Positions 50,313 through 59,455 of a DNA stretch of 64,000 bases are shown in pieces. Every line of letters starts with the position of its first letter. The first letter of the stretch is position 1. Position numbers and translations under genes: made by a program. This DNA comes from Methanofastidiosum sp. (lineage in GTDB: Archaea; Methanobacteriota_B; Thermococci; Methanofastidiosales; Methanofastidiosaceae). The stretch covers positions 16,974 to 80,973 of the forward strand of contig DAOSDU010000007.1 in NCBI GenBank assembly GCA_035362715.1, read 5' to 3'. Below the pieces are notes generated by a model. The model had not been told where the DNA came from, ran no database searches, and saw only the letters and a program-made list of their open reading frames with translations.

Positions 50313-50658
50313 GATTATACTATCTTCTCTTTTCTTAAAAAATTATCGTTGTGCATTGTTAATAAAGTTTATAATTGGTAATACTTTATGGAAATCTAAA
50401 AGAAGTATTGTTTATCATTATTAACCGAAAACTATATATAGTAGTTAACAAAATTAGTATTTACTGGATAACCCACATGAAAGACAATGATTATCCATAA
50501 TGATAATCCGTGAGCGATATTACAATACCACTATTGAAGTATCCAGACAATAGATATGAAGTGTCCATATAATATCTGAATAATATTATGGGGGTATAAG
50601 GATAATACAAGAAACACATCAGGAAGATACCCAGATAGGTTATAAGAGATATCTGGAT

Positions 50659-50677
50659 AACCGAAACTCTTATATAG
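50659..50677 (+). promoter_or_regulatory. BRE/TATA promoter of cdrS-ftsZ (second similar promoter at about 50423-50440)
   Basis: aaccgaaactcttatatag and aaccgaaaactatatata. Confidence 0.55.
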
Positions 50678-50718
50678 ATATATCTCCTAAGTATTATACA
50701 GATGCTAGAGGGACACTA

Positions 50719-50901
50719 ATGAAACTCATATCAGTACAAATACCAGAAGCATATATGAACGGGTTGGACGAGTTGGTTAATTATGGATACTTCCCTAATA
50801 AGAGTGAAGCCATAAGATCAGCGATCAGAGACATGCTAAAGAACGAACTTGGTGGGTTTAGATCACTTAGAAATGAAGGCATATCTGGAAAAATAAAGTA
50901 A
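50719..50901 (+). CDS. cdrS: ribbon-helix-helix cell-division regulator CdrS
   Basis: ISVQIPE...LDELV..GYFPNKSEAIRSAIRD immediately upstream of ftsZ. Confidence 0.88.
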   Translation: MKLISVQIPEAYMNGLDELVNYGYFPNKSEAIRSAIRDMLKNELGGFRSLRNEGISGKIK

Positions 50902-50937
50902 ATAATAAAAAATAATTTATATAATTGGGGGTTTTAT

Positions 50938-52089
50938 ATGAAAGGCATCTTGGAAAATGCTTCAAGATATACTCAAACTAATAACTTTGAAGAAACTGCA
51001 GCGGAATTAGAAGGCATTGGGCACGCTAGGATAATATGTGCAGGATGTGGCGGTGCAGGCAATAATACAATAAATAGACTTTCAATGCTCGGAGGAGTAA
51101 TGGGCGCCGAAACAATTGCCTTGAATACCGATAGGCAGCACTTAGAAAATATTCAAGCTGACAAAAAGTTTGTTATTGGAAAAGAGCTTACAAAAGGTCT
51201 TGGAGCAGGGGGAGACCCTAGCATTGGCTGGGAAGCCGCTCAAGAGGATAGGCATAAATTAAAAGATCTTTTTAAAGACGCAAATTTAGTTTTCGTCTCT
51301 GCAGGTATGGGAGGCGGAACAGGAACGGGGAGTGCCCCGGTAGTTGCTGAAGTTGCTAAAGAATGTGGCGCGTTAGTTGTGGGGGTAGTAACCTTACCTT
51401 TTAGAATGGAAGGATCTCACAGATTTGAAAAGGCAATTCAAGGACTTGAAGCCTTTAGGCGATATGCAGATACAGTTATCACACTAGATAACAATAAGCT
51501 ACTTCAACTTGTTCCGAACATGCCAATTGACTATGCATTTAGCGTATCTGACGAAGTTCTTGCCGAGATGGTTAAAGGAATCACAGAGACTATTACACAA
51601 CCAAGTCTTGTTAACTTAGATTATGCTGATGTAAGAACAATCATGCAAGATGGTGGAGTTGCTGTAATCGGAGTCGGTGAATCTAATACGAAGAATAGAG
51701 TTGAGGAAGCAGTCCACGAAGCAATGACCTGCAAACTATTGGATGTTGACTATAAGAATGCAAAAGGTGCACTTGTTCACGTTTCAGGCGGTAGCAATAT
51801 GACCTTAAACGAGGCCAACAGAGTCGGAGAAATTGTTAACTCAATTATGGATCCTGAAGCAAAGATTATTTGGGGTGCAAGAGTTGACGAAGGTCTAAAA
51901 GATTCGATGAGAGTAATGCTCATCATGACTGGAGTAAAATCACCGTTCATATCTGGAAGAGCTGCAGATGGAGACATAGAACTACAACCGTTTGAGAGAG
52001 ACGCAAGAAGGAAAAGAGTGGGCGGCGGAGAAAGCTTTGGGCGAAGCATCGACTGGGCTAAATATGGAATAGATGATCTATTTAGCTAA
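50938..52089 (+). CDS. ftsZ: cell division protein FtsZ (FtsZ2 type)
   Basis: [21 protein letters not shown]. Confidence 0.96.
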   Translation: MKGILENASRYTQTNNFEETAAELEGIGHARIICAGCGGAGNNTINRLSMLGGVMGAETIALNTDRQHLENIQADKKFVIGKELTKGLGAGGDPSIGWEAAQEDRHKLKDLFKDANLVFVSAGMGGGTGTGSAPVVAEVAKECGALVVGVVTLPFRMEGSHRFEKAIQGLEAFRRYADTVITLDNNKLLQLVPNMPIDYAFSVSDEVLAEMVKGITETITQPSLVNLDYADVRTIMQDGGVAVIGVGESNTKNRVEEAVHEAMTCKLLDVDYKNAKGALVHVSGGSNMTLNEANRVGEIVNSIMDPEAKIIWGARVDEGLKDSMRVMLIMTGVKSPFISGRAADGDIELQPFERDARRKRVGGGESFGRSIDWAKYGIDDLFS

Positions 52090-52161
52090 AATAGTTATTA
52101 TTTCATTTTATTAAATATATTCTAATTTTCTTAATTATAAAAAAATTTTATTTTAATAGAT

Positions 52162-53976
52162 TTAACGACCTCCAACGCCGCCTCCACCGAAGCCACCGCC
52201 ACCACCAAATCCGCCTCCGCCTCCAAATCCTCCACTACCGCCACCGCCACTGCTGGGGGGCGCGTAGGATGAAATTGGAATAAAAGACCTATTTATCGCA
52301 TGGTAAGGAACTACATTTACGTCTTGTATGTTTACATTCAGAGCTTTCATTGCAGCTTCTACTTTATCCCCTACTCCAAGTGCAGTTCCATATACAAGCC
52401 ATTCTCCCCACATGAGGATATCATCTGGAGAATATTTTCTCATCAATGCGAGGTCGGATAAGAACTTAGTAAAAGCATCCCATTCAAGTTTTTCTTTATA
52501 GCTGTCATTTTTCCATAACCCAAATAGTGTTGTTGGAAATGCCATAGCGATTATAGATTGGATAACAATTATTATGGAAGCAATAAGAGAACTTGATGCA
52601 TTAGTTGCAAAAGGTATGAATATGAGCATAATAATAGAAATGACTACAAAGAGTATCCCAAAAAGCAATACTGGGAGAGGTCTAGTTCTTCCCTCAACTA
52701 TATAGTTTTTAATAATCATTCTGTCAGTAGATTTCACATTTGTAATGCCGTTTAGGGATGATTGATAGCTTAACATAGTTTTTTGGTTCATAACATCCTT
52801 TCTTGCACTCTTAGCTAGGGAGGATATTGTTTCAGTATCAACAACTCCATCAGACCCTACTTTTTCAATAAACTCAATTACCTTAGTTTCAAAATGATCT
52901 AGGTCAGTTTTATCTTTGAGTTTAATTGTGATATATTTTGGATTCTCCTTCTCTTTTATCTCAATTTTATGTCTTTTATGAAGGTCCAAAAGTGTTGCGT
53001 AGAAAGCATTCATATCAAAAGTATTTGCCTCACCTTTAAACAGAAGATTGACTACCCAAGGTTTCAATTTATCGTTAGGAACAAAGCTCAAAAATTCCGG
53101 CACTGTAAAGCTTTTTTCTTTTCCACGTCTGTAATAAATATATAAGAATATGAATGGAACTATTATAAGCAGTAGACTTGTTAAGGCGTAAAGAAACTTT
53201 GCCGCATAAAATGGTACAGTATAGAGTAAATTAGCCATTTCTGTTTTCTGTCTAACTCCACTTATATTTTCTGGGAAACCGTTTATGGTATTAATATATT
53301 CTGGCTTTAAGAGAAGTTCGATTTCTAAAAGTTCATTCTCTGGAGAAGTTCCAGTAATAATAATATAGTTTTGATCTTCTGAAACTTTTAAATTAGGTGG
53401 ATGTGGATAGACTTTTACTATACTTTCTTTTGCAATCATTATCTTAAAATTTTTTATTGGTATATGTTCTCTCTGGAGTTTTAGATTCAAATGACTGACT
53501 TCACTATCGTATTGAATAGGTGGGTGAAGGATGTAAGTGTATTCTATCTCATACTTGCCTTTATTAAAGTATGAAGGATTGTATGCGCCCACTTCATTTG
53601 TATACGCCAAAGAGTCTATGGTATAACTGTGGGATTCATCTCCAAATAATCTCACATCACCTTTGTAATCTTTAGCATAACCGATAGTTCCAGAAGGATA
53701 CTTTACGTTTACAAATTCAATATAGGACCTTCCAAGTCTTTCAAATGAAAGCATGTCATCCCAGTATCTGAAAAGCATCCTATACTGCCCAGAATTTTTT
53801 ACTTCGTATGTATATCTCTCAGATAAAGTGCCATCTGAAAGAAAAGTAACCTCATAGTTATCCACTACGAGGTCGCCCTCAAAAATGATTGGGCCTTTAG
53901 GCAGTAGCAATAGTGCAGTTGCGCCTATCAAAAGCGTAACTAGCACTAGTACTGTAATCTGTTTTGATTCAGCCAT
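52162..53976 (-). CDS. DUF2207 membrane protein
   Basis: N-terminal TM, WDAFTKFL...WLVYGTALGV, Gly-rich GGGGFGGGG tail; next to lemA. Confidence 0.88.
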   Translation of the reverse strand: MAESKQITVLVLVTLLIGATALLLLPKGPIIFEGDLVVDNYEVTFLSDGTLSERYTYEVKNSGQYRMLFRYWDDMLSFERLGRSYIEFVNVKYPSGTIGYAKDYKGDVRLFGDESHSYTIDSLAYTNEVGAYNPSYFNKGKYEIEYTYILHPPIQYDSEVSHLNLKLQREHIPIKNFKIMIAKESIVKVYPHPPNLKVSEDQNYIIITGTSPENELLEIELLLKPEYINTINGFPENISGVRQKTEMANLLYTVPFYAAKFLYALTSLLLIIVPFIFLYIYYRRGKEKSFTVPEFLSFVPNDKLKPWVVNLLFKGEANTFDMNAFYATLLDLHKRHKIEIKEKENPKYITIKLKDKTDLDHFETKVIEFIEKVGSDGVVDTETISSLAKSARKDVMNQKTMLSYQSSLNGITNVKSTDRMIIKNYIVEGRTRPLPVLLFGILFVVISIIMLIFIPFATNASSSLIASIIIVIQSIIAMAFPTTLFGLWKNDSYKEKLEWDAFTKFLSDLALMRKYSPDDILMWGEWLVYGTALGVGDKVEAAMKALNVNIQDVNVVPYHAINRSFIPISSYAPPSSGGGGSGGFGGGGGFGGGGGFGGGGVGGR

Positions 53977-53987
53977 ATTTCCATCTT

Positions 53988-54551
53988 CTAAAACTCAATT
54001 TTTGGCCTTGTTTCAATAGCCTCTTCAAATTTAAGGTATTCTAGTTTTATGAGTCCGATGATTCTTCCAACTATGTTTGAGGGTATTGTATCAAGCATAG
54101 TGTTAAACTGTTGGGCTATGTTATTGTAGGTATACCTTTGTCTTGCAATTTCATCTTCTACAGTTTTTACTGATTCCATTAGGTTAACTACTGTAGTTGA
54201 AGTTTTAAGATCTGGATAGTTTTCTGCTACTGCAATAAGTCTTCCCAATATGCCCGCACTTTGACGATCAATTTCACTTATTGCCTCAGGAGAAGCGCTT
54301 CCAATACTTGCACGGTATTTTGTAATATTCTCCAATGTTTCTTTCTCAAACTTTGCGTAACTCTTTACAGCACCCAATAGCTGGTCAATCATATCAAGAC
54401 GCTTTTTTAGGGCGACTCTTATCTGCCCAAGAGTTGCTTCAGCTGAATTCTTCAATGCAAAAAATCTGTTGTAGATGCCAACAAATATCCCAATAAGACC
54501 AATTGCTATAACAACTACAACTCCAAGTATTAACAAAATTGATAAGTCCAT
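53988..54551 (-). CDS. lemA: LemA family protein
   Basis: YNRF...KKRLD, AENYPDLK, RYTYN, PSNIVG; ATG 54551 preferred. Confidence 0.92.
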   Translation of the reverse strand: MDLSILLILGVVVVIAIGLIGIFVGIYNRFFALKNSAEATLGQIRVALKKRLDMIDQLLGAVKSYAKFEKETLENITKYRASIGSASPEAISEIDRQSAGILGRLIAVAENYPDLKTSTTVVNLMESVKTVEDEIARQRYTYNNIAQQFNTMLDTIPSNIVGRIIGLIKLEYLKFEEAIETRPKIEF

Positions 54552-54633
54552 AAAATCTCCAACTACACTTTGATTATGGTATTTAAGTATCTTTCGGAGA
54601 ATAATTCTTAGTAATTTCAAAAAATAGAACGGA

Positions 54634-55740
54634 TTATGGTATTATTTCAGGCCCAAAATATTTTTCATATTCAAAGTCTTTGTAGCTGATTAGCTCTTTG
54701 TCAATAAGTTCTTTAATTTCAGGCATTTTATTTTTTAGCTCTATTACAAGATGTTTAATTGTATTACATATTAATGCATTTCCATCTTCTGGCCATAATT
54801 TTAGGTGCTGCCAGTAGAGGCATCTCCCGCCACAAATATTCTTAATCTCACAATTCTTGCATCTTTCTGCCATTGGAAATTTTTTTAATTCTGTGGGGTC
54901 AGAATCTAAATCACCACAAACAAAATCTTGAATCCAAGTCATGATTGGGCAAGCCACCAATTTTCCATCTGTGCGTATAGCATACCCACTATGGCCTGCA
55001 CCACATCTTAGAAATGTTTTCTCGCCTTTGAGAAGGCTCTCAACTATTCCAATGAATGGATAAAGTTTTAGGACTTTTTGAGTCCTCATCTGACTTACCC
55101 AATAATCGATAAGCTTTGTGATAGAACTGTTGTATTCTTTTACAAATAAACTAAATTTTTCTTTATCATAATCATATGCGTAAAAGCCTGCATCTATCTG
55201 CCAATGGACGGATGAAAAGCCACTATCAATCAAATGTAAGACTTGTTCAAAAATATCTGGTGATTCTGGGTTTAAAGTCATCCTGCCAATAATCTCTCCA
55301 GAATAACCTTTTTCTTCTATTTCTGAAATATTCTTCATTACTAAGTTGTAAGTTCCTTTACCTCTATTCGAATCAGTTCTCTCTTTATCGCCATCAATAG
55401 AAACTAAAATCCTACCAATTTTATCTAGATATTCTATCGGAAGTTTGTCCAAAAGCTTTCCGTTCGTCTGCATTCTAAAAGGCACATCAATATTATCAAT
55501 GATTTCCTTGATTTTATTTATTTGGAGGAGAGGTTCCCCTCCATAGAAGATAATTACAGGATTTTTATCCTTATTAATAAATTTCTTAAGAGCATTCACA
55601 TCGATTTCGCTAGATTCAGGTGCAGATAAATCAAGAGTGACTTTTTGTTCAATATCTGCATCAAAATCATTCATTGATTTTTCGTAACAGTATCTGCACT
55701 GTGAATTGCATTTCGTTGTCAGTATGATGTGATAATGCAT
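54634..55740 (-). CDS. radical SAM/SPASM protein (AF_0577/TIGR04084-like)
   Basis: CNSQCRYC, FYGGEPL, CGAG...DGKLVACP, CKNC...CGGRC, C-terminal PEIIP. Confidence 0.85.
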   Translation of the reverse strand: MHYHIILTTKCNSQCRYCYEKSMNDFDADIEQKVTLDLSAPESSEIDVNALKKFINKDKNPVIIFYGGEPLLQINKIKEIIDNIDVPFRMQTNGKLLDKLPIEYLDKIGRILVSIDGDKERTDSNRGKGTYNLVMKNISEIEEKGYSGEIIGRMTLNPESPDIFEQVLHLIDSGFSSVHWQIDAGFYAYDYDKEKFSLFVKEYNSSITKLIDYWVSQMRTQKVLKLYPFIGIVESLLKGEKTFLRCGAGHSGYAIRTDGKLVACPIMTWIQDFVCGDLDSDPTELKKFPMAERCKNCEIKNICGGRCLYWQHLKLWPEDGNALICNTIKHLVIELKNKMPEIKELIDKELISYKDFEYEKYFGPEIIP

Positions 55741-55862
55741 AGGTCAAATCTTAATTAATTCGTTTAAATTACTAATGTATACAAAATTATAAGGATAATA
55801 TTCACGTTAATTTTATAATGAATGTTTCTACTAATAAATAAAGATATCATAACAGTGTTAGC

Positions 55863-57227
55863 ATGAGTAGAAAAAATTCAAGAATCAATATAAAGAAAAT
55901 AGTTCCATTAGGATTACTTAACAAAATCAATCGAAATCAATTTGGGTATAAGAGTCTTGGGATTATATTTTTCTTTGGATTAATCACTTTTTTAATATGG
56001 CTCTTCAACAGGATGGGTGGGAATTTTCAATTCTTATTAGTTATTGCTAAAGTATCGGCATTGATTGGAATATGTTTATTATCTTTAACAATTTTTTTAT
56101 CCCTAAGATGGCATTTCATGGAATCATTTTTTGGGGGCCTCGATAAAGTCTACAAAGCTCATCACTTTTTAGGGCAGATTACAATGATTGTGATACTACT
56201 GCACCCTCTTTTTTTAATTATCAGAGTCTTTCCCAACCTGAATTTAATATCAATATACATTGTCCCTGGATTGAATATTCCTTATACGTATGGGATTGTT
56301 TCTTTTATCCTCCTTGTTATTCTTTTGGTATTTACTCTTGTAATAAGGCTACCTTACAAAATCTGGCACCTCACACACAAGTTTATGGGAATCGTTCTAA
56401 TATTCGCTACCTGGCATGCATTAGTTGCAGGGCGAGATATAATTCAATATCCAGTACTTAGAATATGGATTCTTATGTTCTCATTAGTCGGAATTATTTC
56501 ATATTTCTATATGCTATTTTTCTATCAATTAATTGGCCCTAAAGTAAGGGCCGAAGTTAAAGATGTCAAGATCATGGGGGATATAACTGAAATTAAATTT
56601 GAAACACTTGGCAAAAAAATGAATTTTAATCCTGGTCAATTTATCTTTATCAAGTTTTTAAATCTTGAAAAATCATTTGAAATATTTCCATTTTCTATAT
56701 CAAGTTCTACGAATGATGAGTTGATTAGAATCTCGGCAAAAAAATCAGGAGATTTTACTTCTTATCATCTACCAAAAGTAAATGTTGGGGATAAGGTATA
56801 TTTATACGGGCCGTATGGTAGATTTGGCGAGAAATCTCTTTTTGAAAAAAAGGATATGATATGGATTGCAGGCGGGATAGGAGTAACTCCTTTTCTTAGT
56901 ATGTTAAAATATAAAGATTTACCAAAAAATAATAAGATTGATTTTCTATGGTCCTGTAAAGATGAAACGAATGCAATCTACGATAAGGAAATAAAAGAAA
57001 TTATCAAAAATAAAAATAACATCCGATATAGGATATGGGCCTCAAACGATCTCGGAAGACTTTCTGCACAAGATATAATTCAATTATCAGGTGCCAAAGA
57101 GAAAATCACTAATAAATTAATTTTTATATGTGGCCCCAATGAAATGATGATGGAACTTGCAGATCAATTTATCAAACTGGGCGTTAAACCAAGAAATATA
57201 ATTTTTGAAGACTTCAATCTTATTTAG
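55863..57227 (+). CDS. ferric reductase/NOX-like membrane flavocytochrome
   Basis: TM His pairs (KAHH...LLH, THK...WH), YGPYG, IAGGIGVTPF, CGP, FEDF. Confidence 0.88.
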   Translation: MSRKNSRINIKKIVPLGLLNKINRNQFGYKSLGIIFFFGLITFLIWLFNRMGGNFQFLLVIAKVSALIGICLLSLTIFLSLRWHFMESFFGGLDKVYKAHHFLGQITMIVILLHPLFLIIRVFPNLNLISIYIVPGLNIPYTYGIVSFILLVILLVFTLVIRLPYKIWHLTHKFMGIVLIFATWHALVAGRDIIQYPVLRIWILMFSLVGIISYFYMLFFYQLIGPKVRAEVKDVKIMGDITEIKFETLGKKMNFNPGQFIFIKFLNLEKSFEIFPFSISSSTNDELIRISAKKSGDFTSYHLPKVNVGDKVYLYGPYGRFGEKSLFEKKDMIWIAGGIGVTPFLSMLKYKDLPKNNKIDFLWSCKDETNAIYDKEIKEIIKNKNNIRYRIWASNDLGRLSAQDIIQLSGAKEKITNKLIFICGPNEMMMELADQFIKLGVKPRNIIFEDFNLI

Positions 57228-57284
57228 GATTTCATGCTAGACGTGGAGACTTTAAATTTTAGTCTTTTTAACTTTTAAACTAAT

Positions 57285-57701
57285 CTAGGAATTATTACAA
57301 AAGAATTCTATTATCCATCGCTTTATTTCGTCTCTAGATTTCCTAAAAGCATTTAATTTATCTTCATTTGTTCCTTCTACACTGGAAGGGTCTTCAAATC
57401 TTTTGTGCATGTAATTTTTCGCACCAGGAAAAAATGGGCATGTTTCTTTAGCATTATCACAAACTGTAATCACGTAATCAAATTGCATGTTCATAAAATC
57501 TTCAGTACTTTTTGAATAATGAGAGGATATGTCAATTCCTATTTCTTTCAAAGCTTCAATGGAGAATGGATTTATCCTAGTAGGTGCCGAGCCTGCACTA
57601 TATGCCTCAAAGGCGTTCTCACAAATATTATTCAATAGGCCTTCAGCCATTTGTGATCTAGCTGAATTATGTGTGCAAACAAAAAGAACTTTTTTCTTCA
57701 T
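57285..57701 (-). CDS. arsC: arsenate reductase, LMW-PTP family
   Basis: FVCTHNSARSQMAE, TVCD...CP, FEDP. Confidence 0.9.
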   Translation of the reverse strand: MKKKVLFVCTHNSARSQMAEGLLNNICENAFEAYSAGSAPTRINPFSIEALKEIGIDISSHYSKSTEDFMNMQFDYVITVCDNAKETCPFFPGAKNYMHKRFEDPSSVEGTNEDKLNAFRKSRDEIKRWIIEFFCNNS

Positions 57702-57799
57702 ATTAATCCAACAATAACTAATCTAACTAATGTATTATAAGATTATTCAACGTAAAATATATATTGCTATGAGATGATAATCTTAAGGATCAGTATTAT

Positions 57800-58165
57800 T
57801 TATTCAAGGGCCAACTGGCACTGTTTACAATATGTAGCTGAACACTCAGGATTATCAAATTTCCATTTAAGGCCCCAATCTTTAATTTCTTGAATTATGT
57901 GGATAAAATCTTCTCCACTTTCAGTTAGAGAATACTCACATTTTATTGGTACTTTAGAATTATCTATATTTTTTTTGATAAGTCCTTGATCTTCTAGTTC
58001 AGAAAGCCGTAATGAGAGAATTTTAGGCGTTATTCCTCTTAAACCCCTTTTTAATTCATTAAATCTCTTATCTTTAGTCTCACCTCTATATAACTCTAAT
58101 AAAATTAGAAGAGACCATTTTTTGCCCACAATATCAAGTGTTTTGAAAATAGTGCAGTCGATCAT
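57800..58165 (-). CDS. HxlR-family winged-helix regulator
   Basis: N-terminal Cys, GKKWSLLIL, RFNEL, ITPKILSLRLSELE, EYSLTESG; C-terminal CxxxxCxxC. Confidence 0.9.
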   Translation of the reverse strand: MIDCTIFKTLDIVGKKWSLLILLELYRGETKDKRFNELKRGLRGITPKILSLRLSELEDQGLIKKNIDNSKVPIKCEYSLTESGEDFIHIIQEIKDWGLKWKFDNPECSATYCKQCQLALE

Positions 58166-58195
58166 GGTATCAAACCAGAAACTTACTAGTTTATA

Positions 58196-58216
58196 TAAGT
58201 ATCTATTATATACTTA
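58196..58216. promoter_or_regulatory. candidate HxlR operator
   Basis: TAAGTAT-N7-ATACTTA inverted repeat in the short divergent intergenic region. Confidence 0.5.
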
Positions 58217-58241
58217 GTATAGAAAAGATATTGGTGTTAAA

Positions 58242-59075
58242 ATGGTAAAGAGAGAAATAATCAATATTAATGAGGAAAAATGCAATGGATGTGGGATTTG
58301 TGTTCCCAATTGCCCTGAAGGAGCGCTTCAAATAATAGATGGCAAAGCGAGATTAGTTAGTGATCTATTTTGTGATGGACTTGGAGCCTGCATTGGAAAC
58401 TGTCCAGAAGGTGCTATATTTGTTGAAGAAAGAGAAGCTGAAGAATACGATGAAAGAAAAGTAATGCAGAATATAGTAAAACATGGAAAAAATACTATCA
58501 AGGCTCATCTTCAGCACTTAAAGGATCACGGTGCAGATAAATATCTAAAACAGGCAAAAGATTTCCTTGAAGAGAAAGGTATAGAAAATCCTATTAAGGA
58601 AGAAAGTCATCTACATAGGACATCTTGTCCAGGTTCAAAAATTATGGAATTCTCAAAAGAAGAAAATAAAGTAAATGAGACAGGAAAGAGGTCCTCTCAA
58701 CTTAGACAATGGCCAATTCAACTTCATCTGGTCTCACCAAATGCACCTTATTTTCTTGGCAAGGATGTTTTACTTGCCGCAGATTGTACAGCCTTCTCGA
58801 TAGGTGATTTTCACAAAGATTTCCTTAAGGGTAAGACATTAGTAATAGCATGCCCAAAACTTGATTCAAATAGAGATGTCTATGTAGAGAAAATAAAAAA
58901 GATGATAGATGAGGCAAAGATTAACACATTAACAGTTTTAGTAATGGAAGTCCCGTGTTGCTCTGGTCTTCTTCAAATAGCCAAGAAGGCTTTAGATAGT
59001 GCAACTCGAAAGATTCCGATAAAATTAATAGTAGTTGGGATCAAAGGAGATGTAATAAAGGAGGAATGGATATAA
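58242..59075 (+). CDS. 2[4Fe-4S] dicluster protein of the hcp-associated type
   Basis: CNGCGICVPNCP, CDGLGACIGNCP, SQLRQWPIQLHL, ACPKLD, MEVPCC. Confidence 0.88.
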   Translation: MVKREIININEEKCNGCGICVPNCPEGALQIIDGKARLVSDLFCDGLGACIGNCPEGAIFVEEREAEEYDERKVMQNIVKHGKNTIKAHLQHLKDHGADKYLKQAKDFLEEKGIENPIKEESHLHRTSCPGSKIMEFSKEENKVNETGKRSSQLRQWPIQLHLVSPNAPYFLGKDVLLAADCTAFSIGDFHKDFLKGKTLVIACPKLDSNRDVYVEKIKKMIDEAKINTLTVLVMEVPCCSGLLQIAKKALDSATRKIPIKLIVVGIKGDVIKEEWI

Positions 59076-59386
59076 TGGAGAAAGGATTTTGGAAAGATTT
59101 GAACAAAACTATGCAGTTTCCAAAAGAGGGCATTTTTAGTACTGTATTGGCATTGTCCAAAACATACAACTATACATTGATGTGTCTATCTGCTGGGACA
59201 AATATAGACACACATACTTCAACTAAGGCGGGGATTGTACAAGTTTTAAGTGGAACAGGTACCTTTACACTTGTTGATGAAGAGATTGAAATGACCCCGG
59301 GGGTATTTATTTTCATGCCTAAGAATGCACCCCATTCTCTCAAAGCTAAGGATAATCTGGCAATATTATTGGGTTTAACAGATTAA
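59075..59386 (+). CDS. cupin domain protein
   Basis: IDTHTS...MPKNAPHSL; TAATG overlap with the upstream gene (alternative start 59066). Confidence 0.85.
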   Translation: MEKGFWKDLNKTMQFPKEGIFSTVLALSKTYNYTLMCLSAGTNIDTHTSTKAGIVQVLSGTGTFTLVDEEIEMTPGVFIFMPKNAPHSLKAKDNLAILLGLTD

Positions 59387-59455
59387 TTTATTTTTCCTTT
59401 TTGTAAAGAAAACCTATATATAATAATAAAACAAAGATATTTGCGAGGAGTAAAA

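Noticed and set aside
50477..50500. Tiny ORF MKDNDYP upstream of cdrS as a leader peptide
   Set aside because: Seven codons with no SD or other support; indistinguishable from chance
52165..52262. GC-rich CCG/CCA repeat tract
   Set aside because: It encodes the Gly-rich C-terminus typical of DUF2207 proteins; not a CRISPR array or mobile repeat
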